Source of the DNA: Lytechinus pictus
Lineage: Eukaryota
NCBI RefSeq assembly: GCF_037042905.1
Contig: NC_087245.1
Location: 18,850,001 to 18,914,000 of the forward strand
DNA length: 64,000 nucleotides
Reading direction: 5' to 3'
Part shown: one piece after another, positions 13,071 through 25,514 of the stretch
How positions within the stretch are numbered: position 1 is the stretch's first letter
How the letters are laid out: each line of letters starts with the position of its first letter
Notes under the pieces: generated by a model
Databases searched by the model: none
Told to the model about the DNA's origin: nothing
The model's input: only the letters and a program-made list of their open reading frames with translations
Made by a program: the position numbers and the translations under genes

Positions 13071-13221
13071 GGCTCCCATTTTATAAAAAAACTTGTTATA
13101 ATAGCAAATGCACAATTTTTGTAACTAATTTACTATTAGCCAATGAGATTGAAGGATTTCAGTATCTTTTCACTGGTATTGTCGATTTGTTATTATAACA
13201 AGTTTTATGAAACAGACCCCA
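13071..13221. mobile_element. MITE, same family as 17127
   Basis: Imperfect TIRs (TTATAAAA..ACTTGTTATAATAGCAAAT / ATTTGTTATTATAACAAGTTTTATGAAAC); body is the reverse complement of the 17127 copy. Confidence 0.65.
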
Positions 13222-16200
13222 GTTTCAACTTTGTGCTAAAATTATGGTTTGCTGAAATGTGAGATCACTGTTTACATTACAATTTCCTTTAAATGTACCA
13301 TCTTCTTTGTCCACGCTTTAATAGCGGATACTCGTTCCAAGACAGTAATGAATGATTTGAGTGTTATTTGAGCTGACAAACTAAACCCGTGTTGTCAAAG
13401 ATTTGTGTCATAATCAGCTATCCACATTTCAACTAAATCTTTAGACCAGAATTTATATTTAACTTGATTTCAGATTACAGACCATTTTGTGTGGGTTTAA
13501 AAAAAAATAAAGTATAGCTTTTGAGTTGTTTAATGAAACACTTTTATTTGAGATGTTGGTTTGGTAATTGTATAATTAATTGATAAATTGGAAATAGTCC
13601 ATGAGGCAAGTTTATTTATTAAGAAGGAAATAAATAGTTCTTTTAAACTTCTCATTTCTTTTTTAATCTTTCCACACGAGTGAGAAAGACTATCACATTT
13701 TGGCTTCAATTTTTTCACTTATAAATTGAAATACATTTAGAAAGAACCATCATGACTACACACACATGCATACAAAGCCTAACTCACCTCATACACAAAT
13801 ATTAAAGAACAAACTGACAAAATTATATAAGTTACAATTTTTCCTCATTTTTTTATTGATCAAAAATGTAAATTTTTTGCTGGTTACATCCATAGCTTAA
13901 TTCCTCACCTTCTAAAAGTGAGTTCCCTCCTCTTGTTCATAATCAATTCTTACTTAATTTTCAACAACAAAATAGAGCACTCTTCCTAACCCTACAAGAA
14001 TTAACAGTCTTAAATATGAACATAATTTTTAAAAACACAATCTCAATTTATCCTTTGTAAAAGGACAGTCTCCCTACATTCAAATGACTATTCATTACAT
14101 GAGTGTTTCGCGCAAAAAAAAAAAAAAAAACACTCACTAGATATACAAAAAAGTGAACATATATAATTTACAAAAACAAAGAATAAAATGGTCATTTTAC
14201 ATACAATGGATTTCAAAATATACTTTCAAAATATATATTCAAGTGAAGAAAATGAGGGGATAATAAGGGCAAAAATATTATGTGAATATACACATATGAT
14301 AAGATTATATCATACCATTGACATTAGATGGGAGTGTTAAGCATTTCAGAAAGCTGTTTGAAAAGTTATGCATGAGTGAACTTCATTCACACTTGGGATA
14401 TGAATATGAGCGAACTTTTAAAACATCCTTTAATAACATCATTTATTGAAATAGTATGTATTTTCCACTACTTTTTGCACGTCAGTGGTATAGATATCAG
14501 TCTTTTTCAGCTTATGTGATTGAAATAATTGAGGATCACATGGCTTACCACACTTAATGTCATGATTTACTTTACAAAAAGTTTTATGAAACATCCCCCT
14601 AGCTTTGTTAACAGCTATAAATCAGCATAGGCAAATGTAGGAAAGAATGGTTTGTAAAACCTTCAAAGAATACATGGTGAATATTACCCATTAAGCTGGA
14701 CAAAATGAGTTATTTGAATTTTTTATTGTGTTTTCATACTTTTATTCCCCTCTCTGTTTCTTCTGTGAGTGTTTCAAATTACTTGCTATATACAACTATA
14801 TTGAAACATAATGCTGATACACTTATGTGCTAACCTCTCTCTCTCTCTTTCCTGTCAAGACTTTAACAATTTAAAACTCTTTAAAATAATTTTCTTTCGT
14901 GCATTCTGGATTCATTTTTTTGGAAGAAAGTACAAGCTTCAATAGAATTTATCTCTTGCATGTCCTGAATGTTGTAATACTAGTCCAAACTGTCATTTCC
15001 TTTCTTTAAAGCTTTTTTTATGATACATCATAAATACAGGCATTTCACATATTAAAATCATATCTTAAAAAGAGGAAAGAAGAAAGAAAAAAAAAGAGAA
15101 AAGTAACACTCTCACTTTGATACTTAATAGTTCGAGAGTAAAAAGACAATTTTTGTTAAATTTTATGTCTCAATAATTTCAGTAGGTATATCAAACTGTA
15201 CATACCAGCTGCGTAGATAGGTGACCATTTGTGCTTATCCTCCAATTGATAACACAAACAGAAAGGGATAAGAAAAATAAAAAAAAAGTTCTTGAATCAA
15301 ATAATTTATAGGCTCATGGTTCAAGAAAAAATTTCATTTCAAAAGCAATTTCTAGCTTTCATGTCGACCATTCCTACCCCCATAAAACATCCCAACAATG
15401 ATGAATCTTTACAGAATAATGAACTAAAACAAAAATTATATTTCTGCAATGAAAGCAAATATACATCTCTCTTTCACACATGATGCCATAGCACATCTTT
15501 TATGTTTGTTCTCTTTGATAATACATGTAAACCATGTACAAGTCGTATAATAATATATATTATATATGAAAAAAGTTACCTAGTACATTCTCTGAGAGTT
15601 TCACAGAGGGGGTTTACAGGTAAGTATACAAATTACTATTATTTACCATATTGTTATTAGTATGTCTCACTATGCACATAAAAGGCAAAAATATCAGGAT
15701 TTGAGAGAAATGTTTAAATTCACCTGCCTAATACTTTATATTAATTATTGTTATAAAATACTCCAATCATGTTACATCAGTAAATAAAAAAAATAAATGT
15801 AGCAATAGAACTAAAATATTTTGAATTTCATTTATTGTGTCATACATATATATCTGTTAAGAAAAAAAAACTGCCCTAAAAATTGTTCTAAAATGTGGAG
15901 CTTTCTTTTACCAGCCAAATGTAAATTTGAGCAACAATCCAGGTAGGGAAAACTTGAATTTTCTTTAAAAACAAATAAATTATGATTTCATCTAACAAAT
16001 CTGTTATCCCATTAAAAAAAAAATCAATTATGAAATAAATCATATTTTGAATCTACCAACCTAATTATCATAACATTTTTTAACACATAGGGCAAGCATA
16101 CTTTGAAAGCAAAAAACAACTTTTAATAAAAAATCATAAAATCTATTTTATAAGGCTTTAAGCCTACGTCTTAGTACTGGAGGCATGTAGTTAAGTGTTG

Positions 16201-17126
16201 AAAATTGAAACATCTGCATCTCATATTCAATTTTAAAACCACAATTGTTCACCCTAACTTTTTATCTTGCTTCATAAAAATGTATTCTTGAACAAACCAT
16301 GCCTTAGCTATCTTTGCAAAGAATAGCGGAGAAAATGCTAGGAAGTAGAAACATGTAAACTTTATATGGGGTATGTAAAAAAAAAAAATCATATTTTTTT
16401 CAATATATATCAACAAACAATAACAATAATACAAGCCCCAAAAGAACACAATTATCACACTTTACATGATCATAAAAATACTCCTCGCATATCTACAACT
16501 TGTTATTTCAGTTCAATATTTAAAAAAAAAATATGAAGAACAACATTTTTAAATCTGTACAAACGTTTAAGTGCCGGTGCCGAGCTAAGAATTAACTCAA
16601 ATGATAACAGAGGCAAAGGAAGAAAGATGGAGGAAAATATCACTTTGTATAAAAATTTTGATCAGTTTCAAAGACATAAACACAGGCCCTAAATCAAACC
16701 ACATCATCATCTATAATTGAAGGTTTAATTCATGAAAGAGAAACTCCAGGAATACAATTCTCTGCAGGGTTAAAATAGCTGTTTAAATTACAACACAGAG
16801 CATTGCAAGTCATATTGTAATGCAGTGTAGATCAAAATTGGTGGAATTGAGAATATGTGGTTACAAGAACATAAAAGATGTCTTGTCTACAAACATGAAA
16901 ATAGCACTGTTTAGTTTTAATAGTTGTACAAAGTTGTGCCATTTTCAATCAGTTTCAGTCATTATGATGACATAAATACTTTAGTGTTATTGCTGGATAG
17001 ATGGCATGGATCTGTTCACACATATATTCTGTTTGTTTTCAAAGTCATATGATGTTCACAGTCACTGCATTGTACATGTTGTGCACAGTACTTGAAGACA
17101 TGTTCCATCCTAACTGTGAAGGACAT

Positions 17127-17331
17127 CTTGGGTCCGTTTCATAAAAGGTTTTATAATAACAAATTTGTTATTATGAAACCTATTATCAAAAAACTATTTT
17201 AATAGTTTTAGATGTTTAATGTAATAACATTTAAAACTATTAAAATCATTCATTCTGATTGGCTGATAGTAAATTTGTTATATAAAATGTACATTTGCTA
17301 TTATAACAAGTCTTTATGAAACAGAACCCAG
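17127..17331. mobile_element. MITE
   Basis: TIRs TGGGTCCGTTTCATAAA / TTTATGAAACAGAACCCA plus TTATAATAACAAAT subterminal arms. Confidence 0.7.
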
Positions 17332-19495
17332 ATCAGCCTTTAATGATCATGAATCTGAAGTCAATGTAAACAGCCCCTACAAAATTCATATATTCAGGAA
17401 ACACAGTTTCATGTCTGAGAATGTACATTACGGCAGTATACACAGATATTATTATTTGTTAAAATCAGAGCATGATAATGACTTTCTTAGATAAAATGGC
17501 AGTGATTCATAGCATTTGTTGCTTTGACCCCTTTCCCTCTCAAAGAGCATTAGCCCTACAATTGCCAATTTGAGGGAAACACTGATCTCTGAGAGGGCAA
17601 GTGGGTGAAAGAGGGTGGAAAATTTTCTAGGCAGCGATGAAAAAAAAAATAGATTAGTCATTCTACTCTCCTTCCTCGTAAATAGCACCAGTAATTTTGA
17701 AGAGTGGTAGAATTTTTAGTGTGAATGTTCTTGTTTCGCATATACCTGAAAAGATTTGTGAGGTAATTGGTTGCCACTCAGACAAAACCCATCCCATTTT
17801 TCTTCTTTCTAGCACAGATATATCAAAATAGAATTTCATATGAACAAGGAGATATCAGATACTTGGTGATTACTGTATTATTCTTGAATTATAAAACTTT
17901 CTCCCATTTGATGAGCAAAAATGCTTATGCAATGAATACCAATTCAGAGTCACACTAAAAATTCCACTTTATTCTCCACAGATATTCATACATGCATACA
18001 GTGTTATTAATCACATAATCACTCATATATGTTTACAGCTATATGTTCACAGCTATTGAAGACTACATATTACTCATTTTAGAATGGGTGGGAAAGTGGA
18101 AAGATTCTTTATACAGAATATTGGGCATATATTACATTTTGTGTTCCGTTCATGCTAATGTTTTACAGAGAAATTTCCATATATTTCATGATGTCTAAGT
18201 AGCGTAAAAAGTGATTTTGATTCAACACTTTTGTATAACGATGATTCACTTTATGATTCTCATGTCAAAATGGTCAGTAAACATATTGACTTTTTTTTTA
18301 TCAAAGAAATATATAAAAGTCATACTTCTACCTATTACAGGAAGATGTAAATGAAACATGAATTGCAATAATCATGGTAGACTTAGAATGGAAAAGATTT
18401 TCATTTTTTAAGCATTCTCATTTTTTCCCCTTTGATTTGCTTTGATTGAATTTGCATCAGAGTGAACCAAAAACAAAATCACATGAAATACAAATATTGA
18501 CTGTAAGTGCACTTCATTAAAAACAGGGGAAAACCCCATGTTTGCCAGTGGTTTACACTGCATACCACTGAATAAACTAGGAGGTTTCCCCCTCTGAATT
18601 CAACATGTACATATGATGTAAATTTGACGCACAAATCATTGATTGCAACTGCATCAAGATGCATAGATATAAAGGAGGATAGAATTACTATAATCACCAT
18701 CAATCACCACGGAAGGGCGTAAAATAATATCTCTCTGATAAAACACAAGCTCCTGAACGTAATACCTGTACAGAATTCCCTAAATCCAAGTCTTCATAGC
18801 TAAAAACTCATTCTAGCAAGATGAGGATGTAAATACATCAGAATGGGTCCACTCGTTACATTATCTTAAAAACAATATATCTTTCTTAACACTGCCGATT
18901 ATATCCCACAATCTTGCAATTTTATGGCATACTTCACAAAAATATATTTTTGATAACTGTAACATTTAGTGGTTGCTACAACCATTTCTCTGCATAAGCT
19001 CACACACAAGCTTACTCTCTTTACATTAAAGAATAAACATGAAAAATAAGGAAGACTGGTCACATATCACCAGAATAAATCAGACTGTTTAATTCAGAAA
19101 AGGTACTGGACAATCATGTAGCAAAAATGATTCACGCTCACTTGACACCAGCACCTATTCTGTATAGTGATCAAAAAGCTTTTCATTGATTTTGATATGA
19201 AAAAAAAAACCCCGGTGAGATGTGACCAGCCTGTAAACACACACAAACCCTTACATTCAAACTCATATATGCACCCACACACACACACACATTCACTCAC
19301 ATACAGGATCAGTCACTCATTCAAATATAACATCCCTCTTCACGCTTTGCGACTTCTTCATTGTATCCTACAAAGCAGTGACAAGAGAAAGGCAGCTCCT
19401 GATTGGTCGGACAAAATACAAAAATTAACATGTAATTTGATTGGTCGGTTTGTTCTGTTCTTTTCATTTTCCTTATTTTGGAGCTGCATGGATCG

Positions 19496-19587
19496 CTACT
19501 CGTCGTCATTCTTGTCGATCATCTCTGAGATTAGAGCTGGCATCTCTTTGACAAACTCCACCTTCATGTCAAATACCTTCTCTGCAC
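19496..19587 (-). CDS. RAR: RAR last coding exon: helices 11-12 (AF-2) and stop
   Basis: tttacag|GT GCA GAG... reads (S)AEKVFDMKVEFVKEMPALISEMIDKNDDE-TAG; AF-2 core MPALISEM resembles vertebrate MPPLIQEM. Not in the ORF track; read by hand. Confidence 0.93.
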
Positions 19588-19923
19588 CTGTAAATTGCAA
19601 GACAAACAAGAGGACATTTTCATGTAGTTTTCTTTGCTTGTAAGATTTAAAATAAAAGAAGAGAGAAGTTCAAGTCATGAAAATGCATCATGAATCATCA
19701 AGCAAGTCACCTGCCACGTTATTTACAAAATTCTGAAATATCATTTTTCTCTAAGTCATGTGAATTCATGCAATTCCCAACCATCCCCCCCCCCCAATTT
19801 TTTTTCTCCAAAAATAAAGATACAAATTTTTTGTTGTAGTTGATTTAACTAAAACCATTTTTAGGGTTAACTCTATTAGAGGAATTTAAGCTGTATTGCA
19901 TTTCTGGGTATTTTTTGGTGCCA

Positions 19924-20096
19924 ATAGACCTTATGCATTGACATCAATGCGCAGCCATCTTAGAGGCTGAAGCCACTGCCTTGCATGCATTGGTGATCTG
20001 CAGCTGGCACATCTTTGACAACTCTGTGTACATGTATTCCTATATCCTCTGAGGGAGGGCGCTGTGAGATTATGACATCACATGCACAAGGTCCAT
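19924..20096. mobile_element. Degenerate MITE
   Basis: ATAGACCTTATGCATTGACATCA versus TGACATCACATGCACAAGGTCCAT, an imperfect inverted repeat. Confidence 0.55.
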
Positions 20097-20243
20097 AGGC
20101 AGCCTCAGCATATCAGGAGTTCTTAAAGCACTTGGGTTGTAAGCCTAGGCAAAAGTATCAAGTCTATGGTCGATTTTAATAACCGTAACTTACTGTGAAC
20201 CATTTGTACCCCATAATTAATATTTTTCGGTGGATATACTTAC

Positions 20244-20402
20244 TCTTGACGCTGATACAGCGTAAATCTGTGATCTTCATCAGAAGCTTAGCAAAGAAAT
20301 GTGACTCCTTGGGTCGTCGTTTGCGGACGTAGAGTCTTAATCCTTCTAACAATGGCTCCTGCATCTTCTCTATCCTTGGAGCATCCTCTAAACCAGTCCG
20401 GT
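20244..20402 (-). CDS. RAR: RAR exon: LBD helices 9-10
   Basis: [53 protein letters not shown]; 159 nt; ctgtcag|AC and AAG A|gtaagt. Confidence 0.96.
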
Positions 20403-21216
20403 CTGACAGTTAGCAAGAGAAAAGAAGAAGTAGTAATATAAATCTACAATGTTAGATCCTGTATGATACCTGTGAATAGCGATGATCAATATTACCTCAC
20501 ACATGAAACAACCCCCTCCCTCCTTTTTGCCTCATTCAGTGCATCCACGTACCAACCCCCAAAACTCGACCTCTTTCTCCCCTTCCTGACGGCTTCTTCT
20601 ATGCATCTTTGGCCATCCCTCTACCTTTAACCTACCCAGACTCAAAGCTATTTGAAACGTATCCATTATCTCTGCTTAGTGCATGCCCATTACAATATAC
20701 ACAATCTGTTTCCAGTTTTGTTCATAGTGACAGAAGTTATAACTCCATTTTTGGCATGCCATAGAATGGGGGAAAAAAGATCTATTTGTTTTATAGATAA
20801 ATATACACCCCAGGTATTTTTTTTCATGTCCATGCTGCTCATGATTTTCAGGCAATTTTCACTTCTCATTTATTCATTATTTAACTTGATGAGGAAAATT
20901 GTGGACATATCTTTAAACTATACATCACAAGATTCAGACATATTTCATCAATGTGCATTGGCAAGGCTTTGGTCTACATTTGCCAAACTTAACCCATGAG
21001 AAGTAAAAGGGTACTTTAGAGTACTTAAATACTAAAGTGCCTTATTGGGCAATATGCTAAACCCAATGTTGAGAGTGTCTGACAGACATGAACTCTTTAA
21101 GAACCTGGGATATAATAATCATCACAAAATTCTGTTTTTTTTTTATAGCTCTTTGCAGTAAAAGCTAACAGCATTGTAAGTATCAGCCTCTACAAGCCTC
21201 AGTGTCCATTTATTAC

Positions 21217-21421
21217 CTTCACTGATGAGACAGATGGCCGATAGTAATGCAATCTCGGTCTCGTCAATGTGCATTCTGGAGAGAGATGAAGCGAATGTGA
21301 AGATCACGTCAAGGAGACTGCCGAAGCCACCAGCCTTGAGTTGACCCTGGGTAAGGGTCAGTCCGGTGGTAAATGTCACACTAGCATCTTGTGGGTTGAA
21401 TCGGGAACATATCCTCAGGAT
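21217..21421 (-). CDS. RAR: RAR exon: LBD helices 5-8
   Basis: ILRICSRF...GLTLTQGQLKAGGFGSLLD...DETEIALLSAICLISE; 205 nt; cttcag|ATC and GAA G|gtaata. Confidence 0.96.
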
Positions 21422-22026
21422 CTGAAGAGGAAAGAGGAAACTTAAAATTATCAAGTATTCTAAGATCAGTTGAGAACTATATTGTGCCATTCATATTGGC
21501 TTTATCCATGGACAAGAACCCGGTAGATCAAAGGACAGCATTTCATCAACATCTATTTTCCAATTAGTTGTCATACCTGACGACTTTCCTTTATTTTGAT
21601 TGACTGAGAAGCATAGATATCTGACTACAATTGTGGTAACATCTGACAAGTTCAATTATGACATGCTCCCAAGATTAATATTCATCATTATTAACCATAC
21701 CAGACTGAGCAGGGCAAGTATAACACATTATTGCCGGCTTTTTACTGATCAAATGGTGGGTTAATAAATTTCCAACTGTTTATCCATGGGCCCAAGGCTA
21801 TCCTATCCTCAAAGACAGTGCTATACGTCATAATGTTAATCAAGATGAGACAACACTGGATACTGCGTCCCAAGGACATGGACGCGTCATTTCAATTATG
21901 TCACAATGGTAAAAGTTCAAAGGCCCAGTCCGCTCAACATGACTGAATAGATTCCTATTCTTAAAGGGTAAAATATCTAAATTTTCATGATTTTTGCACT
22001 AGATGTCTGATTTGGATAATAATAAA

Positions 22027-22166
22027 AATATTGACTGGCTTTTCTTTTGGGGAACATAAAACATAATGCCCTTAAAAAGAACCATATTGCCCTCGTCTAA
22101 GGACTCGGGCCAATATGATTATATCGCGACAATATACTTGATGTTCCCAACAGGCCAGTTGATATT
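22027..22166. repeat. Palindromic element (probable transposon relic)
   Basis: Outer arms AATATTGACTGGC..GGGAACAT / ATGTTCCC..GCCAGTTGATATT; inner hairpin CATATTGCCC..GTC-TAAG-GAC..GGGCCAATATG. Confidence 0.5.
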
Positions 22167-23254
22167 ATATAATTATATTTCATATTAATGAAATAAAGTA
22201 TTTAATAGTTTACAGGTTCGAGAATAATGCAGTATGTTATGCCCACAGGCTTTGTATAAAGGCCACCCAGTTCCAGTAGGAAACAGATTTATCAGTATGT
22301 GCACTAGTATACAAATAGCGATTAGGCATGAGTGCGAGATTTCGCATGAGGTGAAAGAAAGATGCTTGAATAGAGCGTCTCTTTCTTTCACCGAATGCGA
22401 AATCTCGCGCCATTGCACGAATATGAATATTCGCTATTTGTGTTGCACAACGCCTCAGGATTTAGCAAAAATATGAAAAAACAAGAGTTTTTCCCTGTAG
22501 TAATCTATGAAAAGGGAGCAAAAATACTGAAAGCGGAAAGCAAAATCCCACAAGCGCACATGACCTTGGGCAGCATTGCGCATTTAGCCAGCAGGCTTAT
22601 ATGCGTATTGCACCTTCATTTTTACTGAGCGCAATGAATGAAATCGTATTGTGACGTCACCTCCTAAAGCCATGCAATGGTACATTTTGGATGGTATGTC
22701 TTTTGTGCAACGGTACAAATGTTTGACACTCAGCCTCCCATTTGCTCGTGTACAACAAGCTATTAAAGTAGGCGTAGTACAATATACATGTATATACACC
22801 TGTCTGTCTGTCAGTCTTATTCAAACTATAATCTTGTATTGTGCATATCGTAACACATCAAGATTTGTTTCATCGTTCTTTAAATCCTTGTTTTTCTCCA
22901 ATTGCTGAAGAAGACCATGACCATTCTATGCTTTACCATAGAGTTTTGGACATAATCTATCCATCTTGGGTTTCATAATACATATGACAAAGAAATGAAA
23001 GCGATCGCAAAAATCCATTTCATACACTGCATTTTTAAAAACATGATACATGATGACTGAATATATGGGGGGGGGGGGGGCTACTGACATATAATGCCTC
23101 CAGATTCAAAGTGTATTGAATCATAATTCTGTTATTCTTTCATGAAATTTTGTGAAACCCTTCATGAAATAAGTTGTTTTATTGAAAACAACTTGACATC
23201 AGGTTGGCTACCCCTTCGGAGACTTCACAAGATTCTTAGGTTGTTGATAATTAC

Positions 23255-23461
23255 CATGATATCAAGGCAAGAGGCTTTAAGGAGGGTGATCTGATCTTGG
23301 GTACTCAACGTCAGGAATCCAGGCAGCTTCTTGGCAAAGTCCACCACCATGACGATGGCCCTCGATGACATGTCCGTTACGTAATCAAACATGACCATAT
23401 CGATGTCTTGACCCTTGAAGTTACTAATGGGGTGATTCGGGACCCCTTCTTCCTCCTCATC
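23255..23461 (-). CDS. RAR: RAR exon: LBD helices 3-5
   Basis: VDFAKKLPGFLTLSTQDQITLLKASCLDIM nuclear-receptor signature; aagcag|GAT and ATG|gtaatt; phase 0-0. Confidence 0.96.
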
Positions 23462-25069
23462 CTGCTTTGATGTGAAGTACAAGAGGGATATAAAAGAGGG
23501 AAAAGCCAGTGTGAGTGTTGTGGAACATGAATTAATCATTCTACTAATTATGTGACTAATAAACTGCCAAATCCACTCTTTAGATTACCTGGTAATAATA
23601 AAATTCACAGAAGGTTTTTAGATTTTGAAAGAATTCAACACATATACAATTTTTCATGTCTTTAGAAAGACTATTCTACAATGTAGAATATGACTGGACA
23701 ATGGACCCCCCCCCTAAAAAAAACTCATTGAACTACATATATGTTTGGATCCAAGATAAAACAAAAGGGACTGTAACTCCTTATTTTTTAACTTATAGAT
23801 GCTAATGCTTTTCAAAACATTGCTTGTATCCCCTGCAAATTACATCATGGAATATTCACCTGTTTTATGTCTTTTTCTTTTTTTTTGTCAGCAGTTATTA
23901 CTTATTATTTTCAGTTTTCATTTGATAAATATTTATATACACCTTAAACTAAGTTCATTTGAGGACATATCATTTAAAAAACTATCAGTATTATCTAAAT
24001 CTCCAATAAATTTGACCCATGAAATGCTGTAGGTTGCTTGGGAAATCCTATTCCTAATCCCCTTACGCAAAGGGTTTCTAGTAGACATGTACATAGTCAA
24101 AACCACAGGAAGGAAGAGGGTGGATTTAATGCACGAAGAGCTCCCTCACAGCTAATTCTTGCCCTCTTTTCAGTCTTGTCACGTAAGGGGGCGTTTCGTA
24201 AAACTGATAGTATTTAAAGTTACGCATTGTTTTTAAACGACTGGTATACTTTATTATCCTTGACATTACCCAAATGTTCTGTGTTGACGTAGTTTGACTG
24301 ATTATATTTTGACAGATAATAATCTTTGCATAGAAATTGTCAATTTCTATGCACAAAGATTATATTTTAAAATTAGCTGATGCAAATTAAAATCATCAAG
24401 AATTAGATTTCACCCAAGAATATGCTCGCCATTGAAGAGTCATGTGTGACTTAAGAACAGCTTTATGAAACAGTCCTTAGATGGTGCAAAAGGTCTTCTT
24501 CTCTTGTGCTTTATTCTCAAAGGCACTTCTTTAAAAAAAATGAATTCATAGTCTCATATGATAAATTAACAATAATTTTGGTGCATCATGGTATCTGAAT
24601 AAATCTTGTATATTTCAATTGGATTGACTTGAGATCCATGATCTTGTTAGATTCTGCGGTGAATGAAAGCAAATTAATTGCAAACTGCCAATTACTAGCC
24701 TCTCACATCTCGACCTCAACTTCACTTCATTAAAGGGATGAAATATTTATAACATTCTCATCCTTTATCATTTTTACATGATTCATATTTTTGTTTTGCT
24801 TTAGGAATCATATTTTCACACACAATGTCCATACTTTAATCCTCCTCCTGAATAGTAATGATTCAAACATCTGTGTCTCTTAAAATGTTATTAAAACACA
24901 TTTCTAATCTTCAAACGAATTAACTTGCTTTGCCAAAGTAATTGCATCTTCACAATCTCCACCCTTTAACCACCCACCAAACAGTAGCACCCAAAACATT
25001 CTAGTCCCATACACTTTCTGTACTCCGATGCATACATAAACCCCAATAGGCAGTATTCCCTAAACTCAC

Positions 25070-25224
25070 CACATTGTGGATTGGGTGTAGTGGTCTTTGT
25101 GGGAAGGTGTCCCTGTGGGCTCGTAGAACTTCCTGCAGGATATCTTCAATTTCGGTTGGAATTACCAGGCTCTCCGTCACCTCATCATTCTTCTTTTTCT
25201 TCTTATTCCTGTCGTTCCTCACGC
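25070..25224 (-). CDS. RAR: RAR exon: T/A-box, hinge and LBD helix 1
   Basis: (C)VRNDRNKKKKK...EVLRAHRDTFP...HNV; catgcag|GC and GTG|gtgagt; phase 1-0. Confidence 0.95.
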
Positions 25225-25334
25225 CTGCATGTAACGTGGTCAAAGAGGAAATGGAAAGAGACAGAGGAATAATCATTGGTTAATCAAACTGTTAGGTCTA
25301 ATTTGTGTTAAAGGGCATTCCTGTGGTGTCTTAC

Positions 25335-25514
25335 AGCCTTGAAATTGAACCTTCATAAGTGTGACTCGAAAGAACCTGATACTGTACTTGGAAGTACACC
25401 ATGATGTGTCTCCAAGATGGTTTGACATGCAGCTTGAGAGGAAGTCATCTCCTTCGGTTTGTGATACTTCAGGATGCCGAGGCCCGATCTGACGCTTCTC
25501 TCGTGAGAAACAAT
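25335..25514 (-). other. Candidate alternative cassette exon of RAR (180 nt, phase 1-1, stop-free)
   Basis: Branch-like CTGAC, then tttcccctcc and aaag|AT; donor GGC T|gtaaga; 60 open codons in the RAR frame. Confidence 0.4.

Noticed and set aside
19167..19643. 158-aa plus-strand ORF
   Set aside because: Antisense to the last RAR exon and UTR, runs through a CA repeat, no domain.
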